Shown here: one piece after another, positions 47,357 through 56,136 of the stretch
Position numbering within the stretch: the stretch's first letter is position 1
Layout of the letters: every line of letters begins with the position of its first letter
Source: Nitrosopumilus sp.
Lineage (GTDB): Archaea > Thermoproteota > Nitrososphaeria > Nitrososphaerales > Nitrosopumilaceae
Reading direction: 5' to 3'
DNA length: 64,000 nucleotides
NCBI GenBank assembly: GCA_965207075.1
Contig: CBDBLO010000002.1
Span: 960,001 to 1,024,000, forward strand
Made by a program: the position numbers and the translations under genes
The notes under the pieces: model-generated
What the model was told of the DNA's origin: nothing
The model's database searches: none
The model's input: the letters and a program-made list of their open reading frames with translations, nothing else

Positions 47357-48103
47357 TCACATTATGGACGAGCAGCCGAGGGACTCGCGCTCAGTCCTGG
47401 CAGACGCCAGGTTGTAGTCCCGTATTATAACAGAATAGTCCTCTATCTCCGGCATCATACCGGCCGTGCTGTCTGCCAGGTAGAACCCCGGGCAGTCCCC
47501 CGTGAACTGGTACGTGGCATGTATCCTGGCAGCCCCGCCGTCGTTCTGGGTCCAGGTGGTAAACGGGTACAGGTAGCACACGCCGGGCCTCGAGGGGTGC
47601 ATGCTGCATCCCCCCTCCTCGTCTAGGAACCTGCACGGTATGCGCGTCCCGTCTTCTGACGCGGTCTCGCCCTCCTTCCGCTTGAGGTTGATCGTGGTCA
47701 TTACGGTCTCTTGGCCGCCGCCTGCCCCGCCCCCCGACGAGTACGTGGCAGTTATGGTCTCCTTCCTGACGAACTCTGATGTCTTTGAATACTTGAGGCC
47801 CGCCCCTATCACGATCAGGTCGTCGGCCGTAAGCGGCAGCCTCCCCTGCCTCTCGCAGCAGTTGTGGCAGTCCGGCCACAGGCACTTCCACAGCACGTAC
47901 CTTGAGTGTTCGTTGAGGTACGGTATGTGGAACGTCACGCCGCCGTGCGTTATGACGTGGTCCGAGACGTCGCCAGTCCTTCCCAGCATGAACTCTTCGA
48001 GGACGGGATCCACGCTCCAGTCCTTTTTGAGCAGCTCAAGCGAGTCTGCAATCTCCTTCTGCTCTGGGGATGCGTACCCCTGGCGCGCGTCGTGCTGTGG
48101 CAT
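47357..48103 (-). CDS. YkgJ family Cys-cluster (Fe-S/Zn) protein
   Basis: C..PDCHNCC, CRFL..GCSMH..RPGVCYLYPF, CPGF. Confidence 0.85.
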   Translation of the reverse strand: MPQHDARQGYASPEQKEIADSLELLKKDWSVDPVLEEFMLGRTGDVSDHVITHGGVTFHIPYLNEHSRYVLWKCLWPDCHNCCERQGRLPLTADDLIVIGAGLKYSKTSEFVRKETITATYSSGGGAGGGQETVMTTINLKRKEGETASEDGTRIPCRFLDEEGGCSMHPSRPGVCYLYPFTTWTQNDGGAARIHATYQFTGDCPGFYLADSTAGMMPEIEDYSVIIRDYNLASARTERESLGCSSIM

Positions 48104-48234
48104 GCGTCTTGTGGGGGGGAGGTTTGCGTTATAATGGTTGCCAGACGGATGCATGCGCCGCGATTCGCCGTCCTGAAAATGTACATAAAGCGGTTGCAAA
48201 ACATTATATGTTTTTTTGACGGCGTACGTCCGGT

Positions 48235-48338
48235 AGCCCGATAGTCTAGTTCGGTCAAACCCATCGGGCCAAGGATTCTGCCCTCTGGATCTCAGGAGAG
48301 GATAGGCAGAGACGGCAGTTCGAATCTGCCTCGGGCTA
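48235..48338 (+). tRNA. tRNA-Gln(CTG) with two introns (D-loop 48259-48272; anticodon 48289-48303)
   Basis: AGCCCGA/TCGGGCT acceptor stem, CTGCC-CT-CTG-G[intron]A-GGCAG, GGCAG-TTCGAAT-CTGCC; removing both inserts leaves 75 nt. Confidence 0.9.
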
Positions 48339-48417
48339 CTGTTTTGCACTCATGACGCCCGCGCGGCCGCGGCATTCCCCGGGGATAGTCTGGGCTCTGG
48401 CCGTTTCTGGGCCCGGG

Positions 48418-49227
48418 TCATCTCGACGCCTGCGCTATCCTCTCAAGCTCGTTCTTCTTTTTTACCGACGGGGCTGCCGGGTCGTTTGCGGCTGCCATCA
48501 TCAGCTGCTCTGCCATGTGCTCTTCTATGGGCTTTGGGTTTGAAAAGGTGGCCTCTTTTATCGCGTCGGAGATGAACTTTAGCGCGAGGTCCACCCTGCG
48601 TATGGGGGCAACGTCGACTGAGACGTGGTATACGGTCCCGCCGTATACTATCCTGGTGGTGTCCTCGTTGGGGGCGGAGAACTCGACGGCCCTGACAAGC
48701 ACCTCGACGGGGTTCTTGCCGCCGCTCTTTATGTTAATGATGTCAAACGCGGATTTTACCGTGTTGAGCACCTTTGTCTTCTTGCCGGACATCCTGCCCG
48801 TGTTCTTTGCGTACTTTTTCCCAAAGTGCATCGTCTTGTTCATGAGCCTCTCGACGATGTTGGCATCGGCCTTGTTGAAGCGCTTTAGCGCGGATCTGCC
48901 AAACGTGTGCGGCATAATCTGCTTCCTGAGCGATATGGCCGTCTTGAGGCCGGGATCCACTATCTCTATGCCCGAGACGTCCCATTTGCGGAAGACCAGC
49001 ATGTCTTGGGGCTCTGGAATCCTGGCCTTTTTCTGGGAGGCGGACTTTTTGGGCTTGCCGCCGTCACCCTTGGGCTCTGTCGGTGCCGCGCTCTCCCCTG
49101 CGGCGTCCGGCGTGTCTGCGGGAGATTCTGTTGCCACCGGTGCTGCTGCTGCTGCTGCTGCTGGTGCCTCCGCCGCGTCTTTGCCCTGCTCGCCGCCGCT
49201 GTCCACTTTCTCCTCGTCTGCTGCCAT
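48418..49227 (-). CDS. rps7: 30S ribosomal protein uS7 with N-terminal low-complexity extension
   Basis: IVERLMNK, SVDVAPIRRVD, KKNELERIAQASR. Confidence 0.96.
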   Translation of the reverse strand: MAADEEKVDSGGEQGKDAAEAPAAAAAAAPVATESPADTPDAAGESAAPTEPKGDGGKPKKSASQKKARIPEPQDMLVFRKWDVSGIEIVDPGLKTAISLRKQIMPHTFGRSALKRFNKADANIVERLMNKTMHFGKKYAKNTGRMSGKKTKVLNTVKSAFDIINIKSGGKNPVEVLVRAVEFSAPNEDTTRIVYGGTVYHVSVDVAPIRRVDLALKFISDAIKEATFSNPKPIEEHMAEQLMMAAANDPAAPSVKKKNELERIAQASR

Positions 49228-49240
49228 AATCAACCACGTC

Positions 49241-49678
49241 CTAGCGCCTGGGCTTTTCCTTTTTGCCTATCACAAGCTCGTGCAGTGATGTGCCGTTTAC
49301 CTTGAATACCTTGAACCTCACGCCCGGCAGGTCGCCCATGGCACCGCCTTGGGTGGCCCCCATTCCGTGTATGTGGACCTCGTCGTGCTCGTCTATAAAG
49401 TTCATCGCGCCGTCACGGGGCAGGAACGCAGTCACGGTCTTGCCATTCTTTATGAGCTGCACCCTGATGCACTTTCTCACCGCCGAGTTGGGCTGCTTTG
49501 CAGCTATGCCTACCTTTTCAAGGACTATTCCGCGCGCCTGCGGGGAGCCCCCCAGCGGGTCGGCCTTTTTGTCTATGCCAAGCTCTCGGCGCTTGTACGT
49601 GGATATGGACCATCTCTGTCCCTTCTTCTTGGCAGTCAGGACCCTTCCTGCAAACAGGCCGAGCGGTGATTTTCTCAT
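49241..49678 (-). CDS. rps12: 30S ribosomal protein uS12
   Basis: [21 protein letters not shown]. Confidence 0.98.
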   Translation of the reverse strand: MRKSPLGLFAGRVLTAKKKGQRWSISTYKRRELGIDKKADPLGGSPQARGIVLEKVGIAAKQPNSAVRKCIRVQLIKNGKTVTAFLPRDGAMNFIDEHDEVHIHGMGATQGGAMGDLPGVRFKVFKVNGTSLHELVIGKKEKPRR

Positions 49679-49681
49679 TGC

Positions 49682-50146
49682 CTACAGCTCCATGGCCGCC
49701 CTTTCGGGGCCGTTTATTAACACGTGGGTGATGCCAAAGTACCTCTTTGCAAGCATTCTTGCCTTTTGGGCGTTTCTGCCCTCCCTGCCCACCACGATGC
49801 CTTTCTTCTGGGGGTCGACCGTAACTACCGCTTGCTTTGTACCGTCGTTGCGGCTTGTCATTTTTACGTCCATTACCAGCTTTGGATTGAGTAGGTTTGA
49901 AAGGAACTTTGTGGGATCCGCGTCAAACTCGACGAGCTCGACGCTCTTTTTTATCATGTTCTGCAGCGACTTTATGTGCATCCCGCCCTTTCCGATGGCC
50001 AGCCCCATCTTGCCGGTGCTGACTATGAATATGACGCGGTTCTGGTTTTCTTCTTCGATGCAATCCTTTGCAGTCGCGCCGGTCACGTTCTGAAAGAGTG
50101 ACATGAGGCGCATCTGTTCGGTGGATAACTTTATTGATTGTGCCAT
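49682..50146 (-). CDS. nusA: Archaeal NusA (KH domains)
   Basis: MGLAIGKGG, KGIVVGREGRN. Confidence 0.94.
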   Translation of the reverse strand: MAQSIKLSTEQMRLMSLFQNVTGATAKDCIEEENQNRVIFIVSTGKMGLAIGKGGMHIKSLQNMIKKSVELVEFDADPTKFLSNLLNPKLVMDVKMTSRNDGTKQAVVTVDPQKKGIVVGREGRNAQKARMLAKRYFGITHVLINGPERAAMEL

Positions 50147-50257
50147 GAAAAATACCTGTCTACCTCTGATGATAACGCGATTTGGCAATATTATTTAAAG
50201 CTTGATTGGCCGCCATAGTCGTCATATTCGTACGCCCCGCACTAGGATCCTTCCGCG

Positions 50258-50596
50258 TCATGCCCCCTCATCCTTTGTTATCTCGTTGACGTTGATCTCT
50301 GCAAGTGGGGAGAATGCGACTGCCGACGTGCGGAACTGCAGGCCGCACAACCTGCCTAGGGCCACCGACGTGCCCTCAAAGATGACTGCCGGTATGCTGT
50401 TCTTCTCTGCTTCTTGTATTATGCTGCTGGCGTCGGCGTCGCCTGACGCTGATGCCGCGGAATCCGCGGACCTGGACACCACCACAAGCTTGGAGTCCTT
50501 GAGCGCCCCGAGCACCTGCTTTACGCCCAGCGTGAGGTTTCCCTCCTTGGAGGCGTCCTTCAGGGATTTTTCTAGCGCCTTGTTCACAGGCCGCAT
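50258..50596 (-). CDS. rpl30e: 50S ribosomal protein eL30
   Basis: LTLGVKQV..FEGTSVALGRLCG; precedes nusA-rps12-rps7. Confidence 0.9.
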   Translation of the reverse strand: MRPVNKALEKSLKDASKEGNLTLGVKQVLGALKDSKLVVVSRSADSAASASGDADASSIIQEAEKNSIPAVIFEGTSVALGRLCGLQFRTSAVAFSPLAEINVNEITKDEGA

Positions 50597-50696
50597 TACC
50601 CGCGCAGGTGATTTATAGCTTGAGAATTGGGATGCCCGCGTGGGTTGCCGCGCGTCTGACGATCATGCTTTTTAGTGGCGCGCTTGCTGTACGCGC

Positions 50697-51026
50697 ATGA
50701 ATGACGCGATTCTGAAAAAACTACGTGAAAAGGCGGCCGAGACAGAGTCAAACCGTGACGAGGTGTGCAGGCTTGCACGGCTGGTTGCCGCGGGGCTGGG
50801 GGATGAAGGCGCCGATAGTGGTTACGGTGGCGCCACTGCCGCTGCCGCTGATACGGACCGCATTCATTACGTTGCGGCAGGCATTGCTGCAGGAAGGCTG
50901 TACAACGCGTTTTATTATCAGACCCGGCGCCAGCTGCGCAGGGATCCGACCCCAAAAGAGTTTGAGGAGTTTGCAGATCTCATGCAGAAGCACGGTTGGT
51001 GGCGCGACGCGTCAGCCCTCTGCTAG
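50697..51026 (+). CDS. Conserved hypothetical protein
   Basis: GRLYNAFYYQTRRQLRRDPT..EF motif-like segment. Confidence 0.7.
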   Translation: MNDAILKKLREKAAETESNRDEVCRLARLVAAGLGDEGADSGYGGATAAAADTDRIHYVAAGIAAGRLYNAFYYQTRRQLRRDPTPKEFEEFADLMQKHGWWRDASALC

Positions 51027-51532
51027 GGCGACGGCTTGTTCCAGCTGACCACCTGTATTGCAGGGGTTCCGGGAAGCTTTACGCATGCGGCTTTTAGCGC
51101 CTTCTTTGCCGCCTCGCGGTGGTCGTCCCCGTTGACGTACAGTTCCATTATGCACTGTCCCTGTTTGACCCTTGCGCCCAGGCTGGTCGCCTTGCCCCAG
51201 GCCCTGCGCATGCCCTCCTGAAGCCTGTCTGCTCCTGCCGCGGCTATCATCTTGTTCTCGCGCAGGAGGTTGTGTGGATATATCCTCAGGCGCGAATAGT
51301 ATCCCGTCTCGCCGGTCGTCTTTTCCAGCGTCTTGTTTGCGGCCAGTCGGGTCGATTCTATTGCCATGTGCCTGATCTGCATGCTCTCGTTTATGAGCAG
51401 CTGGACGCAGTATTGGTACGTGCCCCTTTTGCCTCCCTGGAACTTTGCTATCTTTATCTGCGGCTTTCCCTTTATGTACTCCTTGCGCGTAAACGGCTGT
51501 CCTGTGCCGTTGCGGTAGTTGGCCCCGTGCAT
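51023..51532 (-). CDS. rpl10e: 50S ribosomal protein uL16 (L10e)
   Basis: QIRHMAIES, LRENKM, GADRLQEGMR. Confidence 0.96.
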   Translation of the reverse strand: MHGANYRNGTGQPFTRKEYIKGKPQIKIAKFQGGKRGTYQYCVQLLINESMQIRHMAIESTRLAANKTLEKTTGETGYYSRLRIYPHNLLRENKMIAAAGADRLQEGMRRAWGKATSLGARVKQGQCIMELYVNGDDHREAAKKALKAACVKLPGTPAIQVVSWNKPSP

Positions 51533-51744
51533 GCACTGGCCGTCTGATCCCCTTATTTTAACGGTTAAGGAAGCGGCGGAGGGTGAAAGGGAAGGGGAAG
51601 CGAGGGGCGGCTATGAGTATCCTGGGGAATCCCGGGTGTTTCCGACACCGATCATCGCGCCACGCGGCGCATGCCGCGGACGCTGCTGAATCCTGCCAGT
51701 CTTGCGCCAAGACGGCACCGGTGGCGCAATCTCCGGCGCGAGTG

Positions 51745-52215
51745 CTAGAACCTGCTCTTCTCTATGGTTATGGTGCCCTTCATCCAAGGATGGGGGGTAC
51801 AATGGTAGGTCACCACCTGCGGCTCGGTGAACAGGAACTCGTACTCGTCACCTGGCATCATCACACCATCTGTGCCAAAGTCGCCGCTGTACGAGTCTGC
51901 ATGCCTGTGGTCCGGCGTGACCGTGTGCGCCGTACTGTCGCTGTTTGTCCATTTGACCAGGTTGTCTATGGTCAGGTATGCGGTGGGGCTGTTTGGTATG
52001 TAGTTGTCGTTGCCTTCGATGAGGGCGCCCTCTACAATGTCGATCACAAGCATCTTCTCGGGATGGAGTATGTGTTCTGATACGGACGGTTTTGCAAGCG
52101 ATTCCGGCAGGTAGTACGAGGTGTAAAAGACTGTGGTGGCCGACAGCGCGACTATCAGCGCAATCACTCCCACTCCGTACGCGTGGCTTGATGTTGGGGA
52201 TGCCTCTGCGCTCAT
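51745..52215 (-). CDS. Membrane-anchored blue copper (cupredoxin/plastocyanin-like) protein
   Basis: N-terminal TM; WTNSD..HTVT; YHCTPHPWMKG type-1 Cu ligands. Confidence 0.92.
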   Translation of the reverse strand: MSAEASPTSSHAYGVGVIALIVALSATTVFYTSYYLPESLAKPSVSEHILHPEKMLVIDIVEGALIEGNDNYIPNSPTAYLTIDNLVKWTNSDSTAHTVTPDHRHADSYSGDFGTDGVMMPGDEYEFLFTEPQVVTYHCTPHPWMKGTITIEKSRF

Positions 52216-52386
52216 CTACGTATCCAAGGCATCCTGTGAGATATTTTAAGCTTGTTTGCTGCAGGCGTGCGGGCGCCTGCGGTCGGTCCTTTTCTGCCGC
52301 ATCGATCTGCCCGCACCCGCGGCACGGCCTTGCAAGCCCTCATACGCTGCCACACTTAATATGGAATCTGCTCAAATGCTGTTCCA

Positions 52387-53022
52387 GTGAACGACGAGAT
52401 CAACGTGGGGGGAAACATACAGGGAACGGTCGTAATGTCGCCAACCCCGTCCTCCGCGTCGCCGTTGCCGCGTCCGTGCATTACGGATGCGCAGGCGGTG
52501 CACGAGCTGGTTGAGAAGGGGTTTGGCTGGACTGACAGGCAAAACGGCGGTGGTGATGACGATGCCGATGCCCGGCTGTTTCTTGAATCCTTTGAGGCCC
52601 TGTATCTGATGCACACGGACCGGCTGACACTCTTCCGCTCAAAGAGGCCCTTGACGTTTGAGGCGTTTCTGAGCATGTGCCGCAGGCATGACCCTGACGT
52701 ATTGACGCGCTTTCTCATATACCGGGATCTGCGCTCCCGCGGCTACGTGGCAAAGGACGGGTTCGGGTTCGGCGCCGATTTTCGCGTGTATGAGCGTGGG
52801 CATTTCGGGCAAAAGGGCTCCAAGATTCTTATCTTCGGGCTTGTCGAGGGCAGGCCGGAAAAGATGGTGCATTTGCAAAAAAAGATACGCGAGATAACCA
52901 AGATGGGGAAGGAGCCCATAATGGCAGTCGTGGACAGGCACGGCGAGATCATATATTATCGCATCGGCACGGTCGAGTTTAGGGAGAACAAGGGCCGCGT
53001 TTTACAAGACTTGCTGCGCTGA
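52387..53022 (+). CDS. endA: tRNA splicing endonuclease subunit (probably the structural subunit)
   Basis: EALYL, YRDLRSRGYV, GFGFGADFRVY, AVVDRHGEIIYY; catalytic His/Lys context not canonical. Confidence 0.85.
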   Translation: MNDEINVGGNIQGTVVMSPTPSSASPLPRPCITDAQAVHELVEKGFGWTDRQNGGGDDDADARLFLESFEALYLMHTDRLTLFRSKRPLTFEAFLSMCRRHDPDVLTRFLIYRDLRSRGYVAKDGFGFGADFRVYERGHFGQKGSKILIFGLVEGRPEKMVHLQKKIREITKMGKEPIMAVVDRHGEIIYYRIGTVEFRENKGRVLQDLLR

Positions 53023-53036
53023 CGCCCCTGTACCGG

Positions 53037-53067
53037 TCACTCACTCACTCACTCACTCACTCACTCA
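53037..53067. repeat. (TCAC)7 tetranucleotide microsatellite
   Basis: Perfect repeat between convergent genes, overlapping the stop codon of the - strand gene. Confidence 0.95.
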
Positions 53068-53717
53068 TGCATGAGCCATTCTTTCCAGTATTTCAGGTAG
53101 CCATTTTTCGCCGCGTACTCAAAGCCGTGCACGTCTATGTGCTTGACCCTGTTGCGCCAGAGCCTCTCAAATATCTGCATCTTGCGCTTTACCCTTGTGG
53201 CATCGCCCCACGACGTAAAGACCTCTATCGACTCGAACTCCTTCTTATTTATGTCAAAGGAACTCTTTGCCGTGCTTACGTAAGCTATCACGTGGCCGTG
53301 ACTGTCCCTGTATATGCCAAGCTTTTCGGAGAACTTGTCGCTGATCTTTATGTCATTTGAGATGCCTATCTTGAGCTCTATTTGGCCCCTTTCAAAGGCC
53401 CTGCGCACGAGCCGTAGCTTTTCGTCTTTTATGTTCCTCTTCTCAAACGGGTTCCTTGACTTTGAGAGCAGCACTGTAAGGAGATCCAGATCAGCCGGCC
53501 TGAACCTGTGCCCCGCCATCAGCCTCATCTTTGCGGCGCCCTGCCTGAAATTGTCATATACGTCAAATACCGTCTTGAGCATGTCGATTGACAGGTATTC
53601 TATGCACCTGTCGTATTCGACGCACTTGCTAAAGCATGGTATGAAAAAATCCTCGACGAGGTCGTCCTCGTCTGAGCGGTACTCTTCTTTCAGTCCTATG
53701 TCGAGAAATGTAGCCAC
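53061..53717 (-). CDS. Stand-alone PLD-like domain related to the N-terminus of PLD-SF2 helicases; catalytic motif degenerate
   Basis: YRSDEDDLVEDFFIPC..YDR..FSEKLGIYRD..ESIEVFTSW..FERLW; no helicase domain follows. Confidence 0.7.
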   Translation of the reverse strand: MATFLDIGLKEEYRSDEDDLVEDFFIPCFSKCVEYDRCIEYLSIDMLKTVFDVYDNFRQGAAKMRLMAGHRFRPADLDLLTVLLSKSRNPFEKRNIKDEKLRLVRRAFERGQIELKIGISNDIKISDKFSEKLGIYRDSHGHVIAYVSTAKSSFDINKKEFESIEVFTSWGDATRVKRKMQIFERLWRNRVKHIDVHGFEYAAKNGYLKYWKEWLMHE

Positions 53718-53848
53718 GATATGCAGAAGAAATGTTGTTATTTAAAACGTAATGAGTGCCGCGGGGTTTGCGGCGACGGGGAAGTCGCACTGCACCTGTA
53801 GTCTGGAATGATGGCCGGGCAGGAACCGCTCCCGCGTTCTGGTACGAT

Positions 53849-53926
53849 TGGTGCTCCCATCGGGATTTGAACCCGAGTCACTGCCTTGAGAGGGCAGTAT
53901 GCTTAACCGGACTACACTATGGGAGC
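53849..53926 (-). tRNA. tRNA-Glu(CTC), CCA encoded
   Basis: GCTCCCATAGTGTAGTCCGGTTAAGCATACTGCC-CT-CTC-AA-GGCAGTGACTCGGGTTCAAATCCCGATGGGAGCACCA. Confidence 0.97.
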
Positions 53927-54035
53927 TAGATTGAAAACTGGAATGTCTCAATTTAAAGGAAATGCTTTTCGGTTGCGACGCGCACTGGGGTGTGGATGCG
54001 TATCTGCTGATCTCTTTATACACGCATGAGGGCAT

Positions 54036-55190
54036 GTGACGCATATGGGATTTGTGGAGGATTTCGTGCGGCGTATGCTAGATGACTTGGGTATGGACTG
54101 CCCAGTCGGACTCGTGGGGTGTCGCGCACTGGGACCGTGTTCGTTTGAGCCCTGCGCGTACGACGTCATGCTGTTTGATGGAAACACGTCCTTGGGTGAT
54201 GCCGTGGTTGAGTGCGACGGTGATGACGATGGTACTGACGCTACCGCTGCCGTCGCTACCGCCGCCTATGGTGGTGGTGATGATGATGGTGGCGGTGGCG
54301 GTGGCGGTGGCGGTGATGGGAACGGCAACGGCGTCCGTGCCGGCCCGCCCACACGCGACAGCAGGCGCAAAAAGCTCGTCATAACAAGGCACGCGTCCCT
54401 CTCCGAGTCCGATTCTGGGCGCCTGCTCCAATATGATGCGATGCGCGTGCTGCATGACCCGTCGTGGGATCTTCGTATGATGCTGCAGAGAATAGAAAAA
54501 AGACGAGGCGCCCTGTACCGAGACCTTGCCAGAAACTCACTCATGCAGTCCATGTTCTGCTGCCAGCGGGCGCAGAGTTCTGACGATGGGACCGGCGATC
54601 GGAACGGCATTCTCGATGTGACCGATGTCCGCATACAACGTGACGGCTCTGGAAGCCCCGACATGTTTGCCCCCTGCTGGCAAAAATGCGCGTCGCTTTA
54701 TCTGGCAGATGCGATATGCGCCCTCAACTGCAAGAGGCCCAGCCCGTCTCACATGCTGGAGGTTATGCGCGGGCTGCCAAAGAGCCCCGTAAACGCGCAC
54801 CTCTCGGTAGTGTCTGACACGATGGGAATTGAACGGGCCACCCCCACGCTTCTTGAGAGGATGACCTCGTCCACCGCAGGCTTTGCCGATCATGAGTGCG
54901 TGGCAGGCGGCACAAAGGGCGGTTTGGGCAGCTCGGCCGCCATATCGAGCAAGCATGACTATTTCATATCGGAATCCATGATGACCGACTGTTACTTTTA
55001 CCTGTGCTATGTGAACAAGGAGAACATGTCGCGCGTGCAGTCCACGCTGCATAGGAATCCCGGACTGTTTCACATCCTGAGGGTCGCCCTTGACGTGGAG
55101 AGAGACGATTCGCTGCTGCAGAAGAACGCGGCCGCGATACAAGAGTCGTGCCGCATGCTGTTAGAGTCGCTGTCCGGCCGCGGCCGATGA
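54036..55190 (+). CDS. Conserved hypothetical protein (possible degenerate nucleotidyltransferase-like N-terminus)
   Basis: 384-aa ORF, VGLVGC..YDVMLFD; long Gly/Asp insertion; TTTATA box upstream. Confidence 0.7.
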   Translation: MTHMGFVEDFVRRMLDDLGMDCPVGLVGCRALGPCSFEPCAYDVMLFDGNTSLGDAVVECDGDDDGTDATAAVATAAYGGGDDDGGGGGGGGGDGNGNGVRAGPPTRDSRRKKLVITRHASLSESDSGRLLQYDAMRVLHDPSWDLRMMLQRIEKRRGALYRDLARNSLMQSMFCCQRAQSSDDGTGDRNGILDVTDVRIQRDGSGSPDMFAPCWQKCASLYLADAICALNCKRPSPSHMLEVMRGLPKSPVNAHLSVVSDTMGIERATPTLLERMTSSTAGFADHECVAGGTKGGLGSSAAISSKHDYFISESMMTDCYFYLCYVNKENMSRVQSTLHRNPGLFHILRVALDVERDDSLLQKNAAAIQESCRMLLESLSGRGR

Positions 55191-55254
55191 TCCTTGCATG
55201 AGCTGAAAGTCCGGCCGCGTCCCCTTGACTGTGTTAGCTTGTATTGCTCCAAAC

Positions 55255-55273
55255 GATAATCATAATTATTATT
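55255..55273. promoter_or_regulatory. Fur-box-like operator
   Basis: GATAATCATAATTATTATT matches 16/19 of the consensus GATAATGATAATCATTATC. Confidence 0.5.
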
Positions 55274-55330
55274 TTTTGAGTCCAAGTTAATAAACTAAAC
55301 TTTTAAAATGTATTAAGCTGTCTGCACGTC

Positions 55331-55465
55331 ATGTCAGACGCAGCATGCGGTTGTGCCGCGCAAGCGGAAAACAACACAGAATGTGACTGTAATATGCAGA
55401 GCGAATGTTACTGTGATTCAACATGTGATTGCAGTGGTGAACCTTGCACGACCACCGAACACTAG
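55331..55465 (+). CDS. Metallothionein-like 44-aa Cys-rich peptide
   Basis: MSDAACGCAAQAENNTECDCNMQSECYCDSTCDCSGEPCTTTEH; four CxC plus one Cys; TTTTAAAA box 55301-55308; T-rich tract after stop. Confidence 0.72.
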   Translation: MSDAACGCAAQAENNTECDCNMQSECYCDSTCDCSGEPCTTTEH

Positions 55466-55474
55466 ACTCTAATT

Positions 55475-55490
55475 CCTTTTTTATTTTTCC
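55475..55490 (+). terminator. Oligo-T terminator after the metallothionein-like gene
   Basis: cctttttttatttttc immediately downstream of the stop codon. Confidence 0.5.
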
Positions 55491-55654
55491 TGTGCCGTAC
55501 GGCAGTGTGGTCACCCTGCTGGGGCGCCTGCGCGCGTCGTGGCGCCCACGGCCGCGGCCGTATCGCGTTATGGCGCGCTGTCGGCGTGTGGTGCTGATGT
55601 CGCGCCCGCGGCGCATTTTCAGGAATTCTCGGCGCGACACCAAGTTCTGAGCTG

Positions 55655-56059
55655 TCAGTCATTTTGGGATCCGAATGTAATCTTTTTGCTGTTGAGGATC
55701 AGGCTTGCCGACCTTGCAATGGCCTTTTTTGGGCCGCTGCAGCCTGACTTGCCGCAGCCTGAGTCCGGCGGCTCGACGGCGTCCCTGTTGCGCGGTGCGC
55801 GGTACGCCCCCCTTGCAATCTCAGAGAGCAGCGGGCGCAGGGCCGCCCTCCCACCAAAGGCCGTGCCCCCGCTTACGATCCAGAACATCTTGAGCGCGTC
55901 GGCGCCCAGCGCGTCCCTGTACGCTCCCTCGCCTTCCTGCGAGTAGTGTCCGACGGGCCTGAGCCTGCCTCTTGACAGCATGCATGCGCATCTTGCAAAC
56001 GCGGTGCAGAGGGAGCACAGGTTGTCATATATGATGACCGTGCGGGTTTCTGTCTCCAT
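55655..56059 (-). CDS. DCC1-like thiol-disulfide oxidoreductase (DUF393)
   Basis: IIYDNLCSLC DxxCxxC motif, FGGRAA. Confidence 0.8.
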   Translation of the reverse strand: METETRTVIIYDNLCSLCTAFARCACMLSRGRLRPVGHYSQEGEGAYRDALGADALKMFWIVSGGTAFGGRAALRPLLSEIARGAYRAPRNRDAVEPPDSGCGKSGCSGPKKAIARSASLILNSKKITFGSQND

Positions 56060-56136
56060 TAACTGGTATTCGGCCTTGGAACTAATAGATTTTTTGTGGG
56101 CGGGCCGCTGCCGCGTCCGCCACCCCCAGTGACGCG

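Noticed and set aside
53849-55330. Integrated element at tRNA-Glu
   Set aside because: No integrase and no duplicated tRNA 3' end seen in the window
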